The notes under the pieces: generated by a model | What the model was told of the DNA's origin: nothing | Seen by the model: only the letters and a program-made list of their open reading frames with translations | Database searches by the model: none | Translations under genes and position numbers: made by a program | Part shown: one piece after another, positions 19,694-29,551 of the stretch | Position numbering within the stretch: position 1 is the stretch's first letter | Layout of the letters: each line of letters begins with the position of its first letter | Assembly: GCA_035765675.1 (NCBI GenBank) | Contig: DASTXC010000082.1 | Location: 9,851-73,850, forward strand | Source of the DNA: Verrucomicrobiia bacterium | GTDB lineage: Bacteria > Verrucomicrobiota > Verrucomicrobiia > Limisphaerales > DASXHY01 | DNA length: 64,000 nt | Direction: 5' to 3'

Positions 19694-20848
19694 TTACTCG
19701 ATTCGCAAAGGCAGGCTGGCGAATCCGCTGGCTGGATAAACTGCGAGCGTCGCGTTCTCTTGCGGAAGGAGGGCGAGACGCGCAGTGTGTGAAAGCAGTT
19801 CTTCCACAAAAATTCGCAGTTCCAATCGCGCGAGCGGCGCGCCGGGACACGCATGAATGCCCGCGCCGTAAAGAAGGTTCTTGGCGGGATCGCGATCCAA
19901 ACGAAATGAATCCGGATCTTTGAAGACCTGTTCGTCGCGATTGGCGGAAATCCAAATGAGCGAGATGCGCTCGCCCGCCGCAATCTTGCGCCCGCCGATT
20001 TCCACCGGACGCGTGGTGACGCGGCGATTCGCCACGAGCGGTCCGTGAATGCGGAGAATTTCCTCAATCGCGGCCGGAATGATTTCCGGCTCCGTGCGTA
20101 ATCGCTGCTGAAGTTCCGGATACGCCGCGAGATACTGGGCGAGAATGCCGGCGGAGGCGGAGATGGTTCCGATTTCACCCACGGTCCAGTTGCGCAGAAT
20201 GCTCGACACTTCTTCGTTGCTCAACGGACGGCCCCACACTTTCTCGTTCATCAAAGCGGCGGTGAGATCGTTGGCGGGATCCGCGCCATCGCGTAAACGC
20301 GTTTCCAGCAAACCATCAATGAGTTCCTCGAATTCACGCGCAATTTCCGACAACGCCTCGCGATCCTGCGCGAGGGTGGCCGCGTGATTCTTGCGAGTCC
20401 AGGCCGCGAGCCGGCTCGCCAATTCCGGCGGCCAGTTGAGGAAAGCACATTGCACCTGTGCGGCAAAGGGAAGTGCGACGTCGGCGATGAATTCCACTTC
20501 TTTGCGCGCAGGCAGATCGCTGACCAGTTTCACCACGATGTTGCGGCAGAGCGGTTCGAACGCGGTCATTTTTTCCGACGCAAAGTAAGGTTCGATGATG
20601 CGGCGATACGGTGTGTGTTCCGGCGCATCCATGCCGTTGGGCACGGAGAGATGCCGCGAAACCGCGTTGCTGAAAGTCTCATGATCAAGCAGCGCGCGCA
20701 TTACGTCTTCATGACGGAACAGTGACCAGCCGAGAAATTCGCTGTAGGCAACGGGGCAACGACGGCGCATGGCGTCGTAGGCCGCGCGCTGATCGTGCCG
20801 GACTTCTTCGGATTTCGGATCCCAATCGGGTGTGGGTTGATTATTCAT
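19694..20848 (-). CDS. cytochrome P450
   Basis: Heme-ligand loop YGAGIHACPGAPLARLEL, EILR (ExxR) in AIEEILRIHGP, and I-helix-like NWTVGEIGT. Confidence 0.85.
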   Translation of the reverse strand: MNNQPTPDWDPKSEEVRHDQRAAYDAMRRRCPVAYSEFLGWSLFRHEDVMRALLDHETFSNAVSRHLSVPNGMDAPEHTPYRRIIEPYFASEKMTAFEPLCRNIVVKLVSDLPARKEVEFIADVALPFAAQVQCAFLNWPPELASRLAAWTRKNHAATLAQDREALSEIAREFEELIDGLLETRLRDGADPANDLTAALMNEKVWGRPLSNEEVSSILRNWTVGEIGTISASAGILAQYLAAYPELQQRLRTEPEIIPAAIEEILRIHGPLVANRRVTTRPVEIGGRKIAAGERISLIWISANRDEQVFKDPDSFRLDRDPAKNLLYGAGIHACPGAPLARLELRIFVEELLSHTARLALLPQENATLAVYPASGFASLPLRIE

Positions 20849-20896
20849 GGCGAAGCTGGTTGTTGCTGAAGGTGCGAAATCAGATGGCGTTAAAGT

Positions 20897-20936
20897 TAAA
20901 AGCCGCGGCGCGGATTTTCAATCCAACGCTGCGGCT
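20897..20936 (-). terminator. candidate intrinsic terminator downstream of gdhA
   Basis: On the minus strand: agccgcagcg - 16-nt loop - cgccgcggct (9 of 10 bp), followed by tttaacttta. It lies 20 nt after the gdhA stop. Confidence 0.4.
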
Positions 20937-20955
20937 GCTAACCCAATTGATCAGT

Positions 20956-22353
<1,398 letters not shown>

Positions 22354-22443
22354 TTAATTCAGTCGAACCGTTTTGACCGCGGTTCAATCGGAACCCTTCA
22401 CCGGGCGGAGTTGCCGCCACGTTTCACCGGTCTTTCGCGTCGA

Positions 22444-23160
22444 TCAGTTATGCGCGGCGGTTTTGGCCAGCGCTTTTGGGAAGAGAACGTTGTTCTCCTG
22501 GTGGACGTGCTGGTGCGTTTGTTTTTCAAGCTGCGCCAAACCGTCGTAAAGCGCGCGGAAGGTATTACAACCCCAAGAAGGCGTGGTGTAATTGTCGGTC
22601 AAAGCTTTGAACCGCTCCAGCGCTGCGCCCGCATTATCGTGTTCCGATTCGAGCTTCGACAACATCGCCGCCAGTCTCGCGGCCACTTCCGTCTGATTGC
22701 CTTTGCCGGATTCCAATTGGCGGATTGCGGGAAAAACTATTTCGTCTTCCTCTTTCGTGTGCGAAAGCATTCCGGCTTGAAATGTTTCGAAGATCTGCCG
22801 GACTTCGAGCAGGCGTTTCTCATCCTGGCCGTGAACCGCAGCGACTTTGCGCGTCATGAAATCCAGGCGCGGCAATTCCTCGCGCAAATAACGATGATGA
22901 ACGGCTTCGATGTGATCGCACAATTCCGACAAGGTCATCGCATCGGCATCGACTGCGGCGGAATCCGAAACGTTGTCCAGCGCGGCCAGCATTGCGACAA
23001 CTGTGGCAGGATCGAGTCCCTTCGCCTGGCAGACTTCCGAAAGTGGTTTCTTGCCGCCGCAGCAATAATCAATGCCGAGGTTTTCGAAAATGCGCGAACG
23101 GGCGGGGACGGTGCGGACAATTTCGCCAACGGAGGTGTCGATGCTTATCGAAGTATTCAT
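22444..23160 (-). CDS. ytfE: iron-sulfur cluster repair di-iron protein (RIC / YtfE / ScdA family)
   Basis: ScdA_N-type N-terminus IFENLGIDYCCGGKKPLSEVCQAKGLD. Hemerythrin-like His/Glu repeats (HHRYLREELP, HTKEEDEIVFP, ESEHDNAG, HQHVHQENNVLFP). The ATG is at 23160; the track start at 23166 is a TTG. Confidence 0.85.
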   Translation of the reverse strand: MNTSISIDTSVGEIVRTVPARSRIFENLGIDYCCGGKKPLSEVCQAKGLDPATVVAMLAALDNVSDSAAVDADAMTLSELCDHIEAVHHRYLREELPRLDFMTRKVAAVHGQDEKRLLEVRQIFETFQAGMLSHTKEEDEIVFPAIRQLESGKGNQTEVAARLAAMLSKLESEHDNAGAALERFKALTDNYTTPSWGCNTFRALYDGLAQLEKQTHQHVHQENNVLFPKALAKTAAHN

Positions 23161-23232
23161 ACGCAAAAGAAAGGTTCAAAACGGTCGGCGTTTTTCAGTC
23201 AGTTCAACGCCCGAAAAATGATTAACACACAA

Positions 23233-23255
23233 AAGATGTATTTCAAGTACAACTT
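23233..23255. promoter_or_regulatory. candidate NsrR operator (11-1-11 inverted repeat)
   Basis: AAGATGTATTT-C-AAGTACAACTT. The half-sites are 9/11 self-complementary and close to the NsrR consensus as I recall it (AAGATGyATTT-n-AAATrCATCTT). It lies 73 nt upstream of the RIC ATG and 45 nt upstream of the Rrf2 regulator ATG. Confidence 0.5.
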
Positions 23256-23299
23256 TGATCTTGCTTCCATTTGCCGTTGCGACCACTTTGTGTTCATCC

Positions 23300-23731
23300 A
23301 TGCAACTCCGCGCTTATTCTGATTATTCCATTCGTGTGCTGATATTTGCCGCTTTGCATCGTCCGGCGCGGGTGACGGTGGATGAGGTGGCCGGGGCGTT
23401 TGGGATTTCGCGGCATCATCTCGTGAAGATTGTGCATCAGCTTGGGGCCGGCGGATACCTGGATACGCATCGTGGAATCGGCGGAGGATTCACGCTGGCC
23501 CGGCCGCCGGAAGAAATTCAATTGGGAGAAATCGTTCGTCTCGGAGAGAAAACCGACACGGTCATTCAGTGTATTGAGGCGAATAACCAAACGTGCCGGC
23601 TTTTTCCCGCCTGTCGTTTGAAAAGCGTGCTCGATGAAGCGGCGGCGGCGTTTTTCCATGTTTTGGACGGATACACTCTGGCCGATCTTATCAAACAGCC
23701 GGAAAAACTGCGCGCAGCGCTTCGCTCCTGA
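23300..23731 (+). CDS. nsrR: Rrf2-family transcriptional regulator, NsrR-like
   Basis: MQLRAYSDYSIRVLIFAALH..VTVDEVAGAFGISRHHLVKIVHQLGAGGYLDTHRGIGGGFTLAR is an Rrf2 wHTH domain. Three Cys in CIEANNQTCRLFPAC could ligate a cluster. It is divergent from the RIC gene with the palindrome between them. Confidence 0.7.
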   Translation: MQLRAYSDYSIRVLIFAALHRPARVTVDEVAGAFGISRHHLVKIVHQLGAGGYLDTHRGIGGGFTLARPPEEIQLGEIVRLGEKTDTVIQCIEANNQTCRLFPACRLKSVLDEAAAAFFHVLDGYTLADLIKQPEKLRAALRS

Positions 23732-23884
23732 AAAGTGTTGCGGGACGAATCTGAAATACGGGAACTCTGCTGCTTCGACCGCTTCTTGATTTCCAATGGA
23801 ATTCCAAAGTATGCCTAGTTTGGGTGACTTGTAACTTGCTCGCGCGCCCGCTAATTCTTTGCGGCCTTTAAGGCTGAATTGTAA

Positions 23885-26836
23885 ATGATTGCGTCAATGA
23901 ATCTGCTTAGACTTGTTTCCCTCACTGGAATCCTCCTGGCTGCTCAGATGTGCTCGGCTTCGGTCGAAAAACTGCGTTGCGAATATCTCGTCAATCCGAT
24001 GGCGATTGATGCGACCCATCCACGTTTGAGCTGGATCATCGATTCCGATCAACGCGGTGAAAAGCAGACGGCGTATCAAATCCTGGTGGCATCCTCCGCG
24101 AAACTTCTGGCTGATGACCAGGGCGATCTTTGGGACAGCGGCAAGGTGACTTCGGATGAAACGACGCAGATTACTTACGCCGGCCGTCCGCTGACTTCGC
24201 GCCAAAGTTGTTTCTGGAAAGTGCGAAGCTGGAATCAGGACGGAAAAGCCAGCGACTGGAGTTCGGTTGCCGAATGGCACATGGGTTTGCTCGAACCGAA
24301 CGACTGGAGCGCCCAATGGATTGTTCCTGAAATTCCTTCCGTGGCGTCGGCGGGAGTTTTGAAAATTCACCAGGCGACCTATGAAAGCGTGGAGAATAAA
24401 GGCGGTATCGATGTGACCGCCGCGTTGCGCAAGCGCGTCAAAAACAACCGGCTTATCATGGAGGTCAGCAACCGCAACCTGGGCGGTGATCCGGCGCGAA
24501 ATTCCGTGAAGCAATTGCGCGTGAATTATGAACTCGGCGGCAAATCGTTCACTAAAGAAATCAGGGAAAACGATACCCTGTCGATCCCGCACATTCCTGA
24601 CGATGTGCGATACCTCCGGAAAGCTTTTGAATTAAAAGCGCCGGTGCAGCGCGCGGTGCTTTACGCGACCGCTCTCGGACTTTACGAAGTGGAATTGAAT
24701 GGCCGCCGCGTTGGAGATCATGTGCTGGCGCCGGATTGGACGGATTATCGGAAGCGTGTTCGTTATCAGGCTTACGATGTTACCGGGATGCTCAAACGCG
24801 GTGACAACGCGATTGGCGCGCAGTTGGCCAATGGCTGGTTCAGCGGCCACATCGGGAATGGCGGCAATCGCTATTTTGGCGACACGCCCGCATTTCTCGC
24901 GCAACTGGAAGTGACTTACACGGATGGCAGCACGGAACGCATTGTGACCGATGTTTCCTGGAAATCGCATCGCGGACCGATTCTCTCCACGGATTTCATG
25001 ATGGGTGAGAGTTACGACGCGCGCCTGGAAATCAAGGATTGGTCCCGGGCTGGCTTGAATGATCGGGATTGGATTCCGGTTACAGTTCGCGATGAATCCG
25101 ACCGTCATCTGGAAACGCAAGTCATGGAGCCGGTGCGAAAATTCACGGAATTGAAAGCGCAGACTGTCACGGAACCGAAACCCGGCACCTGGGTTTTTGA
25201 TCTCGGTCAGAACATGGTCGGCGTGGTGCGATTGAGCATTTCCGCACCGGCGGGAACGAAGGTGAGACTGCGCCATGCGGAAATGCTGAATTCCGACGGA
25301 ACGATCTACACTCAAAATCTGCGCGGCGCGCCTTCGGTGGATCACTACATCTGTAAAGGCGGCGGGCGCGAAGTCTGGGAGCCGACGTTTACGTTTCATG
25401 GATTTCGATATGTGGAAGTCACCGGATTGCCCAAGGCTCCGAAAACCGACGCAATCACCGGAATTGTGATCGCTTCCGATACACCCCAGGCCGGTGAATT
25501 TGCCTGCTCCGATCCGCGCCTCAATCAACTTCAATCCAACATTCAATGGGGCCAGCGCGGCAATTATCTCAGTGTTCCCACTGATTGCCCGCAACGTGAC
25601 GAGCGTCTGGGCTGGATGGGTGACGCGCAGGTATTCATTCGCACTGCGACCTACAATGCGGACGTCGCCGCGTTTTTCACCAAGTGGCTGGTGGATGTCG
25701 ATGACGGGCAAACCGCCGAGGGCGTGTTCAGCGATGTGGCGCCCAGCACGATGAATTTTTACGGTGCGCCGGCCTGGGGCGATGCGGGCGTGATTTGTCC
25801 CTGGACCATTTACCAGGTCTATGGCGACAAACGCCTTCTCGAACAACATTTGCCGGCAATGATCAAATGGGTGGAATATTTGCGGGCGCACAGCACGAAT
25901 CTGATTCGCGACAAAGATCGCGGCAACGATTACGGCGACTGGCTTTCAATCGGTGCGGATACACCCAAGGATTTGATCGGCACCGCTTACTTCGCTTATT
26001 CAACGCACCTGGTGGCAAAGGCCTGCGCAGCGCTGGGGCATGAAGCTGACGCCACGAAATACAATCAGTTGTTCGAAGATATCAAGACCGCTTTCAATCG
26101 GCGCTACGTGACCGCCGATGGACGAATCGAAGGCGATACGCAATGTGCTTACGCGATGGCGCTCAAATTTGATTTGTTGCCCGATGAACTTCGCGATAAA
26201 GCTGCGCAATATCTCGTGGAAGATATTCAGGCCAAGGGCGGTCATCTTTCCACCGGCTTTGTCGGCGTGAGTTATCTGCTGCCGGTATTGACCGAAGCGG
26301 GACGCGCGGATACCGCGTATGCGTTGCTCCTGCAGGACACGTTTCCTTCATGGTTGTTCTCGGTGAAACAGGGAGCGACCACAATCTGGGAACGCTGGGA
26401 CGGCTGGACCCCGAAAAAAGGATTTCAGAATCCGGGCATGAATTCGTTCAATCATTATTCGCTCGGTTCGTGTGGTGAATATCTGTTCGGCGGCATTGGC
26501 GGCATTCAACCCGCGAGTCCGGGATTCAAAACGATTCACATCGAACCGGTCGTTCGTGACGGCTTGACCTGGGCGAAAACCAGCTACGATTCCATCCACG
26601 GAAAAATTGCGACGGTGTGGAAGCGCGATGGCTCGAAATTCAGTTTGGAAGTTGTGGTTCCCGCCAACACGACGGCAACCGTCCGTCTTCCCGCCAACGA
26701 TCTCGCCAGCGTCACTGAGAATGGAAAGCCCGTGGAGAAATCCAAAAGCGTGCAGTTTGTGAGCGCCGGCAACGGCAAAGCGACTTATGAGATTGGCTCA
26801 GGCACTTACCGGTTTGCTTCCCGGATCGTGGACTGA
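23885..26836 (+). CDS. alpha-L-rhamnosidase (GH78 family) with an inserted ~77-aa small domain
   Basis: N-terminal domain (LRCEYLVNPMAIDATHPRLSWII). Bac_rhamnosid_N-like region (LYATALGLYEVELNGRRVGDHVLAPDWTDYRKRVRYQAYDVT). Six-hairpin catalytic region (YLSVPTDCPQRDERLGWMGDAQVF..DYGDWLS..TIWERWDGW). C-terminal beta-sandwich. Confidence 0.9.
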   Translation: MIASMNLLRLVSLTGILLAAQMCSASVEKLRCEYLVNPMAIDATHPRLSWIIDSDQRGEKQTAYQILVASSAKLLADDQGDLWDSGKVTSDETTQITYAGRPLTSRQSCFWKVRSWNQDGKASDWSSVAEWHMGLLEPNDWSAQWIVPEIPSVASAGVLKIHQATYESVENKGGIDVTAALRKRVKNNRLIMEVSNRNLGGDPARNSVKQLRVNYELGGKSFTKEIRENDTLSIPHIPDDVRYLRKAFELKAPVQRAVLYATALGLYEVELNGRRVGDHVLAPDWTDYRKRVRYQAYDVTGMLKRGDNAIGAQLANGWFSGHIGNGGNRYFGDTPAFLAQLEVTYTDGSTERIVTDVSWKSHRGPILSTDFMMGESYDARLEIKDWSRAGLNDRDWIPVTVRDESDRHLETQVMEPVRKFTELKAQTVTEPKPGTWVFDLGQNMVGVVRLSISAPAGTKVRLRHAEMLNSDGTIYTQNLRGAPSVDHYICKGGGREVWEPTFTFHGFRYVEVTGLPKAPKTDAITGIVIASDTPQAGEFACSDPRLNQLQSNIQWGQRGNYLSVPTDCPQRDERLGWMGDAQVFIRTATYNADVAAFFTKWLVDVDDGQTAEGVFSDVAPSTMNFYGAPAWGDAGVICPWTIYQVYGDKRLLEQHLPAMIKWVEYLRAHSTNLIRDKDRGNDYGDWLSIGADTPKDLIGTAYFAYSTHLVAKACAALGHEADATKYNQLFEDIKTAFNRRYVTADGRIEGDTQCAYAMALKFDLLPDELRDKAAQYLVEDIQAKGGHLSTGFVGVSYLLPVLTEAGRADTAYALLLQDTFPSWLFSVKQGATTIWERWDGWTPKKGFQNPGMNSFNHYSLGSCGEYLFGGIGGIQPASPGFKTIHIEPVVRDGLTWAKTSYDSIHGKIATVWKRDGSKFSLEVVVPANTTATVRLPANDLASVTENGKPVEKSKSVQFVSAGNGKATYEIGSGTYRFASRIVD

Positions 26837-26886
26837 AGTTGAAACGCTGAATCGGGAAAACGCCTGAATCGGGATCTTCCGCCGAC

Positions 26887-26993
26887 GGAGTGCGGGTCTA
26901 TGACCCGCAGCAGCGGAATTTTTTAGGAAGCCTTTAATGAATCAAAAGCGCTCTTGGCTTTTGAAGTTGCTGCGAGTCACAGACTCGCGCTCC
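26887..26993. repeat. REP-like element: two inverted 25-nt arms, each itself a 7-bp hairpin
   Basis: Left arm ggagtgcgggtctatgacccgcagc (26887-26911) versus the reverse complement of the right arm (26969-26993), ggagcgcgagtctgtgactcgcagc: 21/25 match. Each arm holds its own hairpin (gcgggtc-tat-gacccgc; gcgagtc-aca-gactcgc). A third hairpin, caaaagc-gctcttg-gcttttg, lies between them. The element sits in the 226-nt convergent gap between GH78 and the response regulator. Confidence 0.5.
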
Positions 26994-27062
26994 GAGGAAA
27001 GACTTTACGCAATGCCTGTAAACCGCTTTTCCTGATCGCATTTCTTTCCGAACGTTTCAGAA

Positions 27063-27794
27063 TTAATCCTCATCCGCATCCGGGCGTTGTTCGGACATTT
27101 TGGAATTGATGTAAAGAATCGCGGCTTCGGTTCGGGAATTAACGTGCAGCTTCTTGAACACGCGTTTCAAGTGCGTGCAGACCGTTTCGTAATTCATTTC
27201 CAGTTTGTCCGCGATCAACTTGTTGGAATGCCCTTTGGAAACCAGTTGAAGAATCTGCTCTTCCCGCGCGGACAGTCGCGTCGATTCATCCCGGGTCTTC
27301 GCGGTTTTTCGAAACGACGCGATCAAGCGCCGGGCGATCTGGCTCGTCATCGGCACGCCGCCGCCCAACACATCCAGCAAGGCTCTTCGCAGTTCCGACG
27401 GTTTCGTTCGTTTCAGCAGATATCCGTCGGCACCGGCTTCCAGCGCCATGAACAACAACTCCTGATTGTCCATCGCGGTCAGCATCACAATCTGGATGTC
27501 AGGCATCCGCGCTTTCAAACGCGCGGTGCATTCGATGCCGGACATGCGCGGCAGGAAAATGTCCATCAACACGACGTCCGGCAATGACTGCGGAATATTC
27601 GTCAACGCTTCCTCCGCGCTGCCGCAGCAACAAACGCATTGAAAGTCCGGAAACGAATTGATCAGTTGCGACCAGTTTTCACGGGTTCTCGGCTGATCTT
27701 CGACGAGGGCGACTTTGATCGGTTGCGCCGAGGCGGGAAGCTCGGGCTGTTTTTTCTTGGCTGACGCGGCGGTTGAATTTTCGATGCGAGTCAT
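27063..27794 (-). CDS. NarL/FixJ-type response regulator (receiver + LuxR HTH)
   Basis: KVALVEDQPRTRE..DVVLMDIFLPRMSGIECT..IVMLTAMD. The HTH is LSAREEQILQLVSKGHSNKLIADKLEMNYETVCTHLKRVFKKLHVNSRTEA. Confidence 0.9.
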   Translation of the reverse strand: MTRIENSTAASAKKKQPELPASAQPIKVALVEDQPRTRENWSQLINSFPDFQCVCCCGSAEEALTNIPQSLPDVVLMDIFLPRMSGIECTARLKARMPDIQIVMLTAMDNQELLFMALEAGADGYLLKRTKPSELRRALLDVLGGGVPMTSQIARRLIASFRKTAKTRDESTRLSAREEQILQLVSKGHSNKLIADKLEMNYETVCTHLKRVFKKLHVNSRTEAAILYINSKMSEQRPDADED

Positions 27795-27851
27795 GGAATC
27801 AGTTTCGGGTTTGGGCTGGAAAAAATTCGCGTGATTGGAAAACGAGTTGGT

Positions 27852-29276
27852 TCAATCGCGGCGAAACCCGGGCAGCGAGAACTTTCTGGGGTTTCTCAGC
27901 GGAATGCAAAATTCAATTCGGCAGCCTTTGCCGGGTTCGCTGGAGATGTTGCACGTGCCGCCCAGTTCACGAATTCGTTTCGCAATATTGCTGACTCCGT
28001 GGCGGCCGGGTTTGATGGCGGACATATCAAAGCCTTTGCCGTTATCCTGAACAACCACCAGCAGATTGTGCCGATGCTGTTTGATCTGCAACAGCAGTTC
28101 GGTGGCTTGCGAGTATTTCACCACGTTGTTCAGCGCTTCTTTGATGGCCATCAACAAACTCCTTCGCAAGGGAAGATCGGCGGCGGCATCCAGGGCCATT
28201 ACATCGAGATCAAATACGCATTCGATGGAGGTGGGCGCGAGGAATCGCTGGGTATAATCACAGACATAATCCGCGAAATCCTGGAGCGTATCCCGCCGTG
28301 GATTCAGCGCCCAAAGAATCTCATCAATGCTGGACAGAACTCCGCGGGCTTCTTCGCAAACCTGTTCCAGCCGCGCGCGGGCATTTGATTCCGCCGGAAC
28401 TTCATCCTTCGCGACCTCGCCATTCAGCACCAGATGCGTCATCCGCGAACCGATGTCATCATGAACATCCATTGCAATCCGCGCGCGTTCGCGTGTGAGC
28501 AGCCAGCGTTCTTTTCGGTGAAGCGCCAGTTGCGCCGCCAGCGAGAAAATGGTGACAGCCAAAACTCCGAGAATGGAAAAAAACACGACCTGAAACCAAA
28601 CCGTCTGCCAGAAATAAATTTTAGCGGGAGAAGGAGTCAGCATCGCATTGACTCTGACGGGTTCGCGCCACCACGGCGGTGTTCCAATCGGCCCCAGCAC
28701 CGTCGCGGGCCGCCAGGTCGCGGAAGGCTGGACCATTTCCCGCCAGCTCCTGGATTCATCGGGAACGATCTTCCAGTTCGCGTCCGACTTGATCTCCAGG
28801 ATTTGTCCATCGGCGAATTCAATTCGCAGACCAAAAAGCATTCCGGCAAATCCGGTCGGATTGAGCGCCATGACCGCGAGAACATGCCGTCCGGGAGAGA
28901 GCAGAAGAGCCAGATTGTAATCGAACAATTCCCGCCACTCCGCTCCATGTCCGATTTCCTGGCCATCGAAAAAAAGTGTGAACTCGTTATCCGCAGTCAC
29001 CAACAGACGCGCGTGGACGATCTTGTTATCGGCCGGAACATCAAACGCGCGCCACAACTGGCACATCTGTCCGTCGATTGTTTTTGAGTCCCAGATCCAG
29101 TCGCCCATGAACGCCGGCACTTTTGAATTTGGATTTTGCGATTCGATCTGAGTGATGTCGCCGCTGGCCGGATCGTCAGCCAATGAAGCGAACACTTTGA
29201 AAATCACACTCAGCATCAGCAGTACGCTGCGGAAGTGTGAACCGTGTTTTTGGAAAAGTGTGCGGCTGCGGATCAT
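27852..29276 (-). CDS. sensor histidine kinase (HisKA_3 / NarX-DesK type) with periplasmic beta-sandwich sensor
   Basis: H-box ERARIAMDVHDDIGSRMTHL. ATPase boxes IKEALNNVVKYS, VQDNGKGF and GKGCRIEF. Two TM segments flank a ~190-aa periplasmic domain (residues ~35-222). The gene lies 57 nt upstream of the NarL-type regulator. Confidence 0.85.
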   Translation of the reverse strand: MIRSRTLFQKHGSHFRSVLLMLSVIFKVFASLADDPASGDITQIESQNPNSKVPAFMGDWIWDSKTIDGQMCQLWRAFDVPADNKIVHARLLVTADNEFTLFFDGQEIGHGAEWRELFDYNLALLLSPGRHVLAVMALNPTGFAGMLFGLRIEFADGQILEIKSDANWKIVPDESRSWREMVQPSATWRPATVLGPIGTPPWWREPVRVNAMLTPSPAKIYFWQTVWFQVVFFSILGVLAVTIFSLAAQLALHRKERWLLTRERARIAMDVHDDIGSRMTHLVLNGEVAKDEVPAESNARARLEQVCEEARGVLSSIDEILWALNPRRDTLQDFADYVCDYTQRFLAPTSIECVFDLDVMALDAAADLPLRRSLLMAIKEALNNVVKYSQATELLLQIKQHRHNLLVVVQDNGKGFDMSAIKPGRHGVSNIAKRIRELGGTCNISSEPGKGCRIEFCIPLRNPRKFSLPGFRRD

Positions 29277-29416
29277 GGCTCGAAAAATTCTGCTGCCGCG
29301 AGTTTTGCCGAAAGCTCCGGCAACTTCATAGCAAAAACTACCTTCTGCGTCGCTGGGGGCCGACTGTAACTAGGTTGGGGGACTTTACGGTATTTCAGCT
29401 TGGTACTAGCGTTCCA

Positions 29417-29437
29417 TGACAGAATGAAAAACTGTCA
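29417..29437. promoter_or_regulatory. perfect palindrome TGACAG-N9-CTGTCA in the divergent control region
   Basis: Read directly: tgacag aatgaaaaa ctgtca. It lies ~115 nt upstream of the first gene of the large array and ~140 nt upstream of the sensor kinase start. A function as a binding site is speculation. Confidence 0.2.
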
Positions 29438-29551
29438 ATGGATTGAATCGCCTGGAGATTGTTCATTCCACAAACGTTTTTTTAAACCCAGTCAGTGTCA
29501 GTCGAAGTTCTCAAATCCAACGCAATCGGAAGCACCCAACCCAACAGCCGT

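Noticed and set aside
26847-26874. Direct repeat CTGAATCGGGA x2 (26847-26857 and 26864-26874) just after the GH78 stop
   Set aside because: It is a single short duplication with no partner elsewhere in the window, and it could easily be chance. I note it only as context for the neighbouring REP-like element.
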